NCBI GenBank assembly: GCA_002189035.1
Contig: NEEC01000018.1
Location: 372,001-436,000 of the forward strand
Source of the DNA: Utricularia gibba
Lineage: Eukaryota; Plantae; Magnoliophyta
Reading direction: 5' to 3'
DNA length: 64,000 nt
Below the pieces are notes generated by a model that worked only from the letters and a program-made list of their open reading frames with translations, was not told the origin of the DNA and searched no databases. The first letter of the stretch is position 1. Each line of letters opens with the position of its first letter. Shown here one piece after another: positions 37,991 to 51,973 of this stretch. Made by a program: the position numbers and the translations under genes.

Positions 37991-40900
37991 ATGGCTGCAC
38001 GCTTTCCCTCGCTGAAACACGTATCTACTTTTATCACGTCTGCAAGAGGTCAGGCCATACGTATACGTTGAACTGCCTTATGGGTTTTATATCTTGTGCT
38101 TTTTAAACTTCTTTTGTCATCATACAGCGACAGCATTTCAGCGAGCTAACTTCTCTTCCGGCCTTGTTGGTGAACATCCAATTCTGGTAATCTTTCCCGT
38201 CTTCTGTATGAAAAATGTGTGGTTTCGAAGATAGACACGAGCATCAAAAGGCTGTGATCAACGGAAGTTTTGATTTTCGTCGTTTTGTGGTTGCAGGTAA
38301 GAGATTTTATTCACAGGGCCCTTTATGATCCAACACATGGTTATTTTTCTCAAAGACCGGGATCTGTCGGAGTGCTTGGTGAAAGCATCAAGTTCAATGG
38401 GTTGGAAGGTTTTCTTTCTTTTTTTTCTGGTTTTTGTGTACCTTTTTGCATTACACATTCTTCTGGATGTAGTTTTGGCTAACATATAATTAACTTTTAT
38501 GTTATTGAATTGCTTAGTTTCTTCTAGTGTTCCTTGATTATTTTTTGATAGAAACAGATGAGCTTATGTTCAGTTTGAAAGCATTCTACAAAAGATTTAA
38601 TCTGATGCTGGCCAGTTACTCGGGTTTTTATTTTCTGTGGTAGCTACACTGTGGCAAGATATGCATATGGTGCTTAATTCGGTAGGACAGGATTGATGAC
38701 AAGCCAATAACAGTGTCAGAAAATCGCCCATGTTTATACAGTTCAAATTCGAATGTGGCCAAGGAAATAATTATGTGTATTGGCTATTTTCAGAAACAGT
38801 TTCCATTTTTTTTTTCTGCTTCTTTTATAAATGGAATTTACATGTGAGGTCACACAGATCGTAGGATCTCTCTGTTTTTTTAGGGAAGTCCTTGTTTTTT
38901 TTTAGGATCGCTTGTCACTTATTCCCATTGTAATTCTTACATGAATTTGGTCCATGCATATTGATGACTCTGAAGATTTCGGGCACATTAGCTCATAGTT
39001 AACTTGTCCAGGAAGACAAGCTTACATGAATCACCTGGATAAGATCTATAAGCAAAATGATGTATCGTGGTTTACACCAGTTGAGCTTTTTAAAGTAAGT
39101 TCGATAGGAGCTTCATATCCATTACTCTCAACTTTATGTCATCTTTCCCGTAAAATAATTTTTCATCACAAAAAAGGCTTCCTGAAGCTCTTGTATCTTT
39201 AATGGATCTTGTCTTCTGTTGGTATTTCGTTATAAACAAGATGTATCCAGAAACCATTTGTAATCCCTATGACTGTGCAGCCCTGGTATGCTCATGGAAT
39301 TGCAGAGGCCATTTTGAGGACTGCAAACCTTTCATTTCCATTAAAAGTGAGTGTGTGTGCATGCTACCTTTCATCATGTTATACCCCATGTTTAGTTTAA
39401 GTTTTTTGCATTAATGACTAAACTAAATTCTCTCTGTTTTTCAGATATACGAGATTGGGGCGGTTCTGGAACTTGTGCAAAAGGTGTAATGGATTACATG
39501 AAGTTGAATGCACCCACAAGAGTTTATGATAATATGACTTATGTGTATGTATATTTCTGATGAACCATCTTTTGGGGTTTTAACTTATGCTCACTTTTAT
39601 ATTAAACATGTGTCAACATCTTTTAAGTTCACGTTTCATTTGTTGCTGAAAGAACAATCAACGGTGTTGTGTGATATACTTTTAACAGAATACTAGACTT
39701 GTAGATTTTTTCAGTTTTTAGATTAGATATTTTTGTCCCCATCTCGAAGTGTCTTACATAATTAGCTGAGTATTACCTTTTCTCAGGCTTAATTTGTTTC
39801 CACAATTTAATGCAGCTTATGATGAATTTTACTGATATTTTTGGGTTTCTATTTTCTGAAGTTATGATTGCATTTTTTCTGCAGTTCAGTGGAAATCAGC
39901 TCTTCACTTGCCAAGAAACAGCTGGAGACTATTGGAAAAGTGGCTAGTCACGCAGCAAGGTTTAGAGTAGAATGTCGTGATGCAGCTGATCCAACTGGCT
40001 GGGGTGCTGGTCTTATCTCTGCACACTTACTTTTTAATCTTTCTTTGTTGTCCTCATTGATCATCAGCATTCCCTGTGTGTGTGTCCCCTTTACTGCGAA
40101 TTATTACGTTACTTCCATGATATGTCATGAACTTAATCAGATATTCTTTAACTAAACAGTTGTTGAAGAACAACCGTGTTGGGTTATAATATTGGAGGTA
40201 TGCCAAAGTTTTTGTAGTTGATTTTACCCTTTTTTGCTTTATGACAAATGATAATCATGTTTAGCTGCCTGAACCAAAAACCCCTGATCCTTTTGTTTAA
40301 TTATGCAGGTTCTTGATAATCTTCCTCACGATCTTTTGTTCTCTGATAATCAAGTTTCGCCTTGGATGGAAGTTTGGGTTGGTAAAAAAGATGATAGGTT
40401 AGCACTACTTTGTCATATGAGCGCTTGCTTATTTAGCTTCTTACCAATTCTCAATTTTTTAATAATCAATCTGCAGTATCAAACGTGCTCTGTCTCCTAT
40501 TCTCGTTTTGAAATATCATCATCTTACTCTATACTGCTGTTGTAATATAAATTGATGGGCTAATTTTGTTTTTCACATAGTCTTTCATGGTGTGAGTTAT
40601 TTTCATGAAATGGTACTGGTAACATGTTTATAGATCTTAGGATTCACCCTATTTACTCTTGATCCAGAATCACGTCTCTGTTGTTTCAAGCGACTGCATA
40701 GAATTGCTCTTTGATATTATATTTTGCTAACTTCTGTTTTTCAATAGTTCAGAGGTGTGTGAGATGTATAAACCTCTCCAAGATACATTAATTACAAGTT
40801 GCATGGAGATCCTTGGTTTGCAAAAGGATGGGCCAACTCCCCAAAGCTTATCGTCTTCAGTTGTCAAGAGTATTTTGGCTAAAGTATTTCCAAGACCTCG

Positions 40901-41717
40901 AAGATGCTGGTTGCCAACTGGTTGTCTAGTAAGACGTTCTTGAGTAAGATTGATGAATTTGCTAGATCCTCAGTTGTATGCTTTGATATCCAGTGACATG
41001 CAACTTGGATTTGCAGAAACTTCTTCAAGTTCTTCATGGGTCTTTGAAAAAGATGTCCATGATTGTATCTGATTTCAGTTACCTACCAGATGTTAGAATA
41101 CCTGGTGAACGAGCTCCCCTTGTTTGTAGCAAGGTATACAAGACCAAGTTCTTTTAATTCGAGTCATTCGAATGCTGCTGTTTTCTTCAATTATGAAACT
41201 GTTTCTTCCAATACTCCATTTGTGGAACTTAATTCCTGTATTGTTGCAGAGAAATGGCTTTAGCTCTGACTATAACAATTATCTTGATGCAAAGGTGACC
41301 TTCGCCTGTAGTCTTATTCTTCTATGTACCTGCTATTGGGCGCACTAGATATTTGATGTGCTGTATTTCTTCTTTAGGGTGACGCCGATATATTTTTTCC
41401 AACGGACTTTTGGTTTTTGGAGCGTCTTGATCATTATTGCTCAGGATGCCTGAATTCAGGAGAAGAAAAGTTGAAGAAAGGGAAGAAAAGACGGACCCTC
41501 ACGGTAATTTCTCTTCTCTTAGTCCCAGTCTTGAGTCATTTTTAATATACTGAGCATCATTTCCCTCTGTCTACACTCAAAGCTGTATACATCATCTTTC
41601 ATGGAAGAGTTTGGCCTTCCTTCCAAGACCCAAACGAAGGACGGGTACAACCCAATGCTGGATGACTTCAAGAATACCAAGTTCTATTTGAGTGTCCCAA
41701 CGCATAACACCAAGTAG
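37991..41717 (+). CDS. NDUFAF7: Protein arginine methyltransferase NDUFAF7/MidA homolog (mitochondrial complex I assembly); 14 exons; 1-nt frameshift in exon 6 as sequenced
   Basis: Exons 37991-38048, 38128-38186, 38297-38408, 39012-39094, 39281-39346, 39445-39544, 39885-40003, 40160-40197, 40309-40397, 40748-40928, 41017-41133, 41250-41294, 41378-41503, 41583-41717. Motifs VRDFIHRALYDP.HGYFS, WFTPVELFK, LEVLDNLPHD, GDADIFFPTDF and C-terminus FYLSVPTHNTK*. G4 at 39457-39460 must be G5 to read YEIGGGSGTCA. Confidence 0.94.
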
Positions 41718-43929
41718 AAGATGGCATGAAAGCAGGTAAGCCACAAGCAATCACGATTCCCAGACGATGAGATGAAACCATGGCGTTTCATCATATAAAA
41801 CATGGTTGAAAGTTTTCCCACTAACGAGATAGCCTAAATTTGAACTTGGAGTTCTATTTTGCATGACTAAAAGTGGTGAGTGTTATCGTAGTCGTTTTTA
41901 AATCTACCCAATGTTCACTAGACATCTTACAAAATAACTGTCCATCATAATTCCTCAAACCAAGTTCAATTTTGAATTGAAGGCAAAAAGATAACATTTC
42001 ATTGGAGAAATTGATTCCTTTCATATTACTATTTGGGTCTTTTCTATAATTTGAAGCTGTGATTCGGATTATATAGAACAGAATCATATATAGAATTTCA
42101 AATATTATATCAAGTGCAACATATTTATGTCAGAAAACAAACCCACACGATCGTAAATAATTTATTCAAAAAAAATCAAGGCCCACTTTAAGTCATCTTC
42201 AATATTCTATCGAGTATGTCTCATTTAAAGTATGAAACCATATTTGAATGGAATCCAACATTCCGTCAATTTTTCCTTTTTTTAATAGAAAAAGATATTT
42301 TCTTACCAGATATTATGATAATAAAAATATGTTAATAATATCTTCTGAACAAATTTTACAAATACTTTAACCTTGTATAAGTACAAAATATTATGTTTTT
42401 ATTAAGAATTAATTTTTATTTAACAAATAAAAAACAATTTAATCGCACAGTTAGATTGACTTGAACACCAAGTGTATTCGAGAGATATTAAGTTTCCGGA
42501 GGACGTCTTTGCATTAACTCGAGTGCCTTAATAATACATGATGCCAAGGGACAACTTGTTCAATTGGGTTGAAGTTCTTCCTATGTAAAGATTTTGACAA
42601 CATCATGTACTTGTTATAATAATGCCAAGATGCCATCATAATAATATCTATGCTTTGGTTAAATGTAGCAGTCACTGATTGATTGACCTCTTTAAGCTTG
42701 AAAAAAGTACAGGAAATTGGCGTTTTGCATGTGTAAGAGTTTTCATTTTGTAATTTATTTGAAATTTTTTTTAATCTATTAATTTTTTTACTTTTTTATT
42801 TTTATTTGTAAAACGCCTTAGATTTTAGGAAGAAATTGGTGTTTTACATGTATTAGAGTTTTTACTTTATAATTTGCTGTAACATTTTTTCTAATTTATA
42901 AATTACTTTACTTTTTTTTTATAAAATATCTTAGATTTATGAATTTCTTTGTAAAATAATGAATAAATGAGTGTAATACCATAAATTATATATTTTGTTT
43001 TGTTAAATGTCATAATTTTTTTTATATTTACATAATACCACAATTTTCCTATTTCATTTATAAAATATCTTATATTTATGAATTTCTTTGTAAAATACTT
43101 TGACAAATAGCACCAACTTTGACAAGCACCATTCAGTTATGGGTGCTACATATGTGGCACCATATTTGGTAAGCATCGTTCAAGCCGGGATTGTTTATTG
43201 GTATCTTATGTCATAATTTAATTATTTAAATAAAAAATAAAAAATAAAAAATAAAAAATAAAAAATTATAATAAATGCAAACTACCTTATTTATTTTTCA
43301 CCTAACTCTTCCTCTTCTTCTTCTCTTCTTGTCACTCAAATAGTTTTCATTCTTTTCATTCTTGGTACAAGTATAAGTTCCAAGAAAATCAAGGTATATA
43401 AATTTTTTTTCTTTTGCATTGTTTTACTACATAAAAAGAATTCTTTTGTATTTTGATGATCACTAAATTATGTAATTATGATTAATATGCATATATTTTT
43501 TGACATTATTGTTTTGAAAAAATAATGATTGATTTTTTTGTTCAACCTTTTTTTTCATGTTTTTATAGTGCTAGAAATTGTTTTTAAATTTTTTGAATTC
43601 TTTAAATTATTTTATTTTATCAATTTTATTTTTTAAATCAATAATAGAGTGTTGAAATTTTTTATATCTGTAAATCACTATAAACATTTTTTTGTCATTT
43701 GATTTATTTTTAAAATAACTACAAATGTTTTTAATAGTTTATATTTGACTTATTTAAATTCTTAGTAATTTTTTTCAAAAAAAAATCTTTTCAATTTTCT
43801 AATACTTAATATTTTTTCTCATCAATATTTGTTTTTTAATATTTTGAAAATTAACATGATAGATGAGTATTGGAAATAAGAATAAACAAATATATATATG
43901 GTGCCAGTGAATTTTATTATTTCAGATAA

Positions 43930-44130
43930 GAAAGTAGATGAACGAATTACAGATGAACCATCACCTCATGTTGGCTACCATACTTTTATTGTTAGTACAT
44001 AATATTTTAGATGTGGGTTGAGATTACCAATTCAACCATTCATCGAATCTATGCTTTGTTAGGTACAAGTTCATTTATCTCATTTGACACCAACTTCCAT
44101 TAATAATATTATCACATTTATGAAGTTATG
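43930..44130 (+). mobile_element. Transposase_28-like (TE-associated) protein fragment
   Basis: Hand translation GYHTF...YFRCGLRLPIQPFIESML...LSHLTPTSINNIITF resembles the recalled GLRLP...F...QLTPN motif. Short and contains stops. Confidence 0.5.
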
Positions 44131-46318
44131 TGAATGAAGTATTCCCACTTTGTGTGGGTGCATTGTTTAGTATTGTAAAATATTCAAGAGTTGCTCACAC
44201 AAATCATTTGAGGATATCATTGAAGTCAGAAATCAAGATCATAAGAAGTTTGCAAGATTCTTATGGATAATAGTGGATTAATTTCGTATGAATCACTCCT
44301 TAAAAAACACATGAGGATTAAGATACCTAGACAGGTTTTGATCTCATTAAATATTAAAAAACCATCTGATAAGAATTTTATTTTTACATATTTTGTCATT
44401 TAATGTTTAAGATAATGTTTTCATTATCCTCATACATTGTTCCCTCTAACATAGACTCTTGTATAGAGGCTATTGATGTCTCATGAGTTCAATTTACGTG
44501 CTCTCTATCATCATATATCTCATTTGAAATATATTCATGATCATCCAAAATAAAAGTTTAAAATACAAAATATTAACGAATACAAGAATATGAATATCGA
44601 AATATAATTTCTTGTATTTTTGTTAAAAAATCCAAAGTTGAGTAAAACCTATTACTTCAATTGACTTTAATTTTTGGCACGTATAAATTCTAAAAGTGTT
44701 GAATTTTTTAAACTATTCTAAAAGTGTTGCATTTAAGGTAAATTGAAAATGCGAGAGTGATATTTGGAGAGTCTCACCTATAATTTCAACAAGTTTATCC
44801 AAAGTAGATGTGTATTTAACTTTGATGATTTTCATACAATCCTTATCATATACAGTGTATTCAAATCCATCTTGCATTACATTTGTGCATTTGTGTCATA
44901 GAACACTTTGATGAGAACCTTGCTCATTATCTTTCAATGAAAGAAAAAATCTCAAAAGAAAAACTAATGAAGCAAAATTAGTTAAAAAGTAAAATACGAT
45001 ATCTTTTACACGAAATTATCAAATTCTGCTAAAAAAATAGATTCACTTGACAAAAAATCAGCACAACCCGAAAACTATTGCACCACTTGTAGTTGAAAAG
45101 TTAAGAAAAAAATGAAGTGATTCATACTAAAGATGCATTTTAATATAGAAAATGAGAAAAATATTCTATATTGTGTGGTTGTGATTTATAGAGGATAATA
45201 TGAAAACAAACAAGTGATAGAAAATGGTAAAAATGGATATCATGAAAAGCAAGTGATAATATAAATTTTGATTTTAATTTTAAATTTTTTTAAACTTTTT
45301 TTATTATGTACTATTTAATTTTTTTTTCTATCTTATATTTGAAAAATATTACTTTAATATTTAGTTATGAGTTGCTATAACTGGTCATGCATGACATCCA
45401 TTCTCTTTATTTGATTTGAAAATTTTTCTTTTATTTACTTGATTTGTTCAAAAAATTCTCTATTCATCTACTCTTAACTCTCAATGATTTAACTCAATAA
45501 AACTCTAAAAGATGGACATTGAAGTTTTCTCCAACTCTAATTTGAGTTATGTTTGTTATCAATCTGATTTCCATGACTTTCTCCTTGCGCAAGTCTATTG
45601 TGGGATCTCATGAATTTCTCTTTAACTCTTCATCCTCATAATCACTTCCAAAATCATTGTACTTTTAATCAAACAATGAATAAGATTGATACCTTATGTA
45701 TTGCTAATTTATGATCATCCAATCTTTTTCGTACCCAACATCACTACAATAACCATGAGATTCATTGACAATCCTTTCTTTGGTGTAGTAATGATTTGTT
45801 ATTGAAAGTGTGCTTTATTTTTTCGTTCATGCTTGCACAAACATCAATTTATCCTTGTTAAACTTGCATGAAGGTGTTAATTCTGAATATGAAATCAAAT
45901 GATTTACCTGATGGCTATGTGATTCGTGCTTAAGAATATATATCCCAACACGTAATTAAATTCAGAATAAAATAAGTAATCTATCTTCCTAGACTGCATC
46001 CTAGAATCTGTCACCCAAGGATTTCTGCATTGAAAACTCACTTTGTTCTTCATAATATTGTTCTATAGATGGTTTTTAGATCTAATTCGCCCATCAATTT
46101 CTTGAATTCTTGATTAAAGATTACATTTCGATCAATTCTCCGAACATCTACACAAAAAAATGGTGAAAGAAAATTGAAAAAACAAAGGATATTTTTTTAA
46201 TATGAAAAAGATCAGTTGCTTGCGCAAGTGTGCAAATAGACAAAAACTATGAAAATAATAAAAAAAATAAGAAATAATAGGAAACAAAACCACAAAAGAA
46301 ATCTAAAGGAATACAATT

Positions 46319-47474
46319 CCCTAACAACAACGCTAAAAACTTGTGGATAATTCTGCAAGTGCATAGAAAACATCGAAATAATAAAATAAGATTGTATTTA
46401 CAAAGAATTGTTATTCAATTTTTTTTTTCAAACAAAAATTGAAAAAGACCGAAAACAAAGAACAAGTGGGGTTTTAAAAAAAAACTCAAAAAGTGGCTTT
46501 GGATCGATGATCTACCTTCCCTAAAACTCATCTATATCTATGTGTGTAAACCTTGAGCACTGATGTGCTTGCACAAATTTTGGGGGTGTTATTCTAAAAT
46601 AGTACTACTCGGTGATCGTTATAGCACCGTCTCTCGTTTAATGGGATTATAGAATCAATCATGTCACTAGACCTATTTCACCTCTTATGAGAACTCATGT
46701 TTTCCTTATCTACCCTCACACCTCACACTCAGATTAGATAGAATGAGTCTTAGCAATGATGTTTGATTGAGCCTTTCTCCTTAGTTTCAGGCCAACCTGA
46801 GATTCTTTCAATCTCTTTTGGGGTTATTTGGTATTGAAGAACACGTTGGTAAAGAAAAAGTTGCAAAAAACATGATCAAATCTCAAATTAAATGTTGAAA
46901 AACGTGATAAATCAGTCATACGTGCAGGACTTGTGCAAACAAGACTTCATCGCAGATCCTCAGTTGCAAGAGCCTACACACACATGCATGATTTTAACAT
47001 GAAAATATATACAAAAATAGAAAAAATACAAAGGAAAAGTGATTCAAAGACATCTCTAATAATTGAGGGAGTAGGGTATTTATAGGAAATCAAATCCAAA
47101 TCTTCGTATCGGGCTTGCTTGATGGGTTTGGATAAGATATTATATCCAAATCTTTTATCCAAATCTTCCACAATCATTTTCAAATATTTATATTATTCCT
47201 GAATTTTGGATCAAATCTTCATCATTTGACCAAGTATTGGGTTGATATTCATGATCCATCAAGTCCATAATTTATTAAGTCTTGATTTCTCCTCAAATTG
47301 ATCAAAAAATGTCATAAAAATCCATAAAATGTACTTTCTGTCCAAAAGGATCAAAGTAATATGAAAAATTCAAAATCAATTAAAAATAATGAGAAAGTAA
47401 AGTTCAAGGCAAGTAAAAACAACTTTAAGAGTAATAAAAGAACATGTTTTGGAACGACACAAAATCACTTATCA
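46319..47474 (-). mobile_element. 5' LTR (46342-47474, 1133 bp) plus degenerate tRNA-Asp PBS of Athila-type family B
   Basis: Reverse complement begins TGATAAGTG and ends ...TTATCCACA. It is followed directly by AGTTTTTAGCGTTGTTGTTAGGG, a decayed form of the Athila PBS TTTGGCGCCGTTGCCGGGG. Same length as, and collinear with, 56111-57243. Confidence 0.82.
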
Positions 47475-47719
47475 AGTTGTCCACACTTAGATATTATTTG
47501 TCCTCAATTGTTCATGGTATTTTCCTTCAAAATAGCAACTTCCAAATAGAAGTAAGGCTAGCGAAATGCAAAATTATTCAATAGTGCACCATCCACTAGC
47601 TCCACATGCACGTAGCTACTCCTCACAGGTGTCACTCAATACACTCAACAAAAGAAATCCATAAAAGGAGGGTATAACAAATACAATTAGAAAGATTGGA
47701 CGAGATAACAATTTCAGTG

Positions 47720-50060
47720 AATAAAAAATCACATCTATGGCACAAATGATTTGATCACTCTAGCATGGACAATTTAAAACTCTTGCAGAAAGATGAGATC
47801 ATTGGAGAACTATCAGATATCAGGTTTTAATTCTATTGCCGCATATTATAAAGGAAAAGAAAACTCTTTCATGTGAGTCTAACTAAAAGCAAAGTAAAGC
47901 TGGAACTGGTACATGCACACCTCTATGGACCTTTTAAAGAGCCATCCTCGATAACTATAGTAATTATCATGAAGTTTATTTTTTAAAAATCCAAATCAAA
48001 AGTTTTCTACATATTCAAGAGATTCAAGATAATCTAAAAAAAAGTGGTCATAAATTGAAGAAATTAAGCTATGATAATGGAGGGGAATTTTTGCCAAAAT
48101 TATTGAGCCAATACTAAAACAAGGAAGGCATCATTCATGAGCTCACAGTGCTCTACGCTTGAAAACATAATGAAGTTAGTAAGAGAAAAACATAAATATA
48201 TTAAATATGACAAAATGCTTATTATTACAAAAATCAGAGATAGTTTTCAGAATAATTTATTTATTAAATTTACTTCCCTTAAGGTTCATAAATGGTAAAA
48301 TAGCATGGGAACTTTAGTCAAGAAGAAAGATAAGTATGAGTCACCTGAAATATTTGGTTCCATATGCTATTTGAATGTCCCAAAAGAAAAATGAACCAAA
48401 TTGAATGAATGAAAAAGGCAAGAAATTTTCATTTGAGATATCTTGTTACCAATGTATATAAAGTTTATTTTTTAAAACAAAAGAAAAATTATCATTAGTA
48501 GAGATGTAACGTTTGATAAAGAAAAATGTTATACATAGAATAACATCAATTTTATGTATGGACGATCTACTTTAGAGAAGAGGTCATACTTCCCTCAAGA
48601 TCCACAATCTATTCGACATCATGGAAATTCATCTAAGAAAGTATTTATGGAGAAAATTCATAAGAAACTAGAGAGATAAAATGGGACAATCTCAACACAA
48701 ATGAATCTGAAACAACTGGACTGGAAATTTCGACATAAAATCTTGAAGTAATGGATATTGCAATTCTAGAAACTACTTATGAACAAGAAAATTTCACAGA
48801 TTAGTTTGAAAATGTATAGACATAGAAATGTCATCAATTGACATAAATAGTGATGGATGGGATAGAGAACTAGAGGTAAAAAAAATAAAGAACACCTTTC
48901 ACCTTATATCAGGATCAATCATTATATTTCTCAACAGATTGTTAGAGTAAATTATGGTAAAGTTTTTGCCCTAGTTACAAGGTTCAATATAGTGAAATTG
49001 ATGCTTGCTATCTTAGTTGACTAAGGATGGAGAGTTCATCATATGAATATTAAAACCGTCTTCCTGAATGGTATACTTATAGAAAAGGATCTATTGCGAC
49101 CAACTCGAAGGATTTATAATAAAAGAAGAAGAAAGAAAAGTGTTGAAACTGAAAAAGACATTCTATAGACTAAAACAAAGACATAGGTTTGAAATGAAAA
49201 GATGAATATTTTTTGAGTTAAAAATGTTCACAAAAGTACATGGCGAATAAATACTATTTATTAAAGTTACCAAAGGTGACAAGTTAATAATCAACATATA
49301 TGTTGATAACTTATTGTAACTTCCAACAATGATGCATTAATAAAAAACCTAGAGAAGGGCTCAAGAAAGAATTCAAAATGATTTGACTTGAGTGTCATGC
49401 ACTATTACCTAGGAATAGAAGTGGATTAGCAAATAAAAAAAGGTACATTTATGCATCAAAGTAAATATTCTTCAGAATTGATTAGAAAATTTAATCTAGC
49501 ATATGCAAATAGATGCCGTTCTACACTGAATGCTACAAAGTAAATGGAAAACTTAGTGGATGATCTTGATTGTGATTAAATCCCCTGCAAAAGCTTGGTA
49601 GGAAGCTTAATCTATTTAAATTGCATTTGACCTAATCTTTACTATATCATAAATATTCTATCAAGATACATGAAAAGTCCCAAAATGAGTCATTACCATA
49701 TTGTCAAAAGAGTATTGAAGTATGCTAAAAGAATATCGATGTATGGAATATTATACACATACTTAGAAGGAAGTTATTTTACTCTAATTGCATACTTAGA
49801 TAGTGATTATGTGTGTGGTACAAATGATAAAAGTACCTCAGAGTATATCATTTGTATGAACAATAATACTTTCTCATGATCAATAAAATTCAAACTATAA
49901 TGACTCAATCTACATCAAAAGTCAAGTATATTTCTAACGCACTTGCATCAAATCAATGTTTTTGGTTGAGACAACTAATTATGGAAATTAGGTTTAGACA
50001 AGAATGTACTATACTATTGAGATTGGACAACAATGCTGCCTTTCATATAATAAAAATCTT
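47720..50060 (+). mobile_element. Degenerate Ty1/copia pol (pre-integrase, integrase, RT, RNase H)
   Basis: SHLWHK.FDH (47730), LELVHAHLYGP (47900), RT VYGKVFALVTR...MNIKTVFLNG (48950-49050), and YHIVKRVLKY...IAYLDSDY...STSEY and QSTSKVKYI...NQCFWLRQL (49670-50073). Confidence 0.9.
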
Positions 50061-51973
50061 TTTTATTATATAAATCCTTTTTGTATCACTTGCATACATG
50101 TGTTTGAACTCTTAAACTCTATTTAATGTATTGCAAAACATGAAACATCGCTTTTGGCTGCCTATTGTGTGTTTTTCAATCTTCTTCTTTAAATCCATGA
50201 ATCCAAAAAATGTTCACACCTTAATAAGCATGACTCCTCAAGTCACTAGGCTCGTAGTCCTTTTCATACATTTTGTACTGATACTTTATTATCAAGATGA
50301 TATCTTCCCAAGTGTTCACTAATATAGAAATACCTTCTCGATTGCTTTCTACTAGAGTATTTGTCATATGAATATACATTTTTAGGAAAACCCTCCTAAG
50401 TTATTCATCATATAGAAATATCATCGTGTATACTTTTTGCTTGGATCTCATTTGATCTAGGCTTTATTTTCATAGCGACTTCATTTACACCACAATAGTG
50501 ATGTAAATGGATAGCTTCCCTAATATACATTTGAGAAAACCCTCAATCTTAGATGCAACTCCTTCCAATAAAAGATTCCAAGTATTTGAGTGTCTATAGA
50601 GTCAATTACTAATGATAGAAAGAAGGTGACTTCATGACTTAATTGAGACACAAAATGTTAGCTTGCAGTCTTACATTCTAAACTTATCCAAAAATTATAA
50701 TGCATAATCAGTTTAGGAGAGGTAGAGCCAGCTACAAATTTGCACCACTTGTACTTAAAAGAAATAATTGAAGGTATCTAAATAGTAAATTCTTCATTGC
50801 AAATTCAATTGATAAATTTGTGATTAGATTGAGTATTAATCTATAAGACTAACTTACAACAATAATATTATCTACACAAAGAAGTAAAATTATTCTCTTT
50901 CCTTATATCCAAGATTAAAAAAAATGATCTACAATGTTACAAAAGAAATAAATGGTCAAGAGAAACAAATGAAAATGTTTGCTTAAGTACATGGAAATGA
51001 GCTAATATTTAGTTTACAAATACATGTAGGAAACATGTATTTTTTATATTGAATGATATATATATATATTCATTAATGTTTTTATGAAGAAAAATACATT
51101 TTTCATATCTAGGTGTCATCTCCCAATTATTAGTAAATGCAATAGATATTATAAGTTGAATGGGCAATCAATCAGTGATCCATCAAACGTAAGTTTTGCT
51201 TTGAATACCAATTGTATATTGTGCAATGGCTTGTGAGACAAAAGGCATTCTTTTATGGTGTATAACTTTTAACTCCTCATCTTTAATCCTTTCTAAAAAA
51301 AAAACAATAAAGTTTTCGGTGAGAATTTTTTTTATATCTTATAAATATTAAAAACATTTGTAACTAAAGAAGAATAATTGGGATATAACGGAGATATATA
51401 CCTATGTTATATAGAGATGATATAGAATTTTGGAGATATATACCTATGTTAAAATTTTTTATGATTAAATTATATAAAGATAACTGGAATAAACAAAAGT
51501 TTGAAAAATGAAAATCCCTTGTAATTAGAAATATTTTTTTAATCATTTTTTATTAATGAAAAAATATTATTATCCTTCAAAAACTAATATGCTTCATAAG
51601 TTAATATTTATCTTAAAATATAAAAAAAAATAATACATTAAATATGCATGGTAAAGCATATAATAAAAGTATGTTTAGGTTTTATTATTATTTTAATATT
51701 TTATTAGCGCTAAGGTTTTATTAATTGTATTTTTGTAGTTGTAATAATGAGAAGTGCATATGTTTGTGTGAAGGGCATATTCTAAAAGCAGAAGTGGAAT
51801 ACTAACTCACATTCACAACAAATCAACACACGGTAGAGAGCACAATGTTCAAAGGATTCACAACTAGGAGAGCAAAGATTCCACATCACAACAAATGTTA
51901 CAAAGGGCCTACCACGAAATGCTTCACATGATGGTCGTAGAATACAGAATAAGGTGATGCTGCTGCAGTTACC

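Noticed and set aside
24789-41717. Functional gene cluster (two methyltransferases, MUS81, GIF and others)
   Set aside because: The genes belong to unrelated pathways and are separated by TEs. Nothing suggests operon-like or biosynthetic clustering.
50100-50620. Possible LINE RT C-terminal remnant on the minus strand
   Set aside because: Only a weak ..GVMLIKV resemblance with stops, which is not enough to call.
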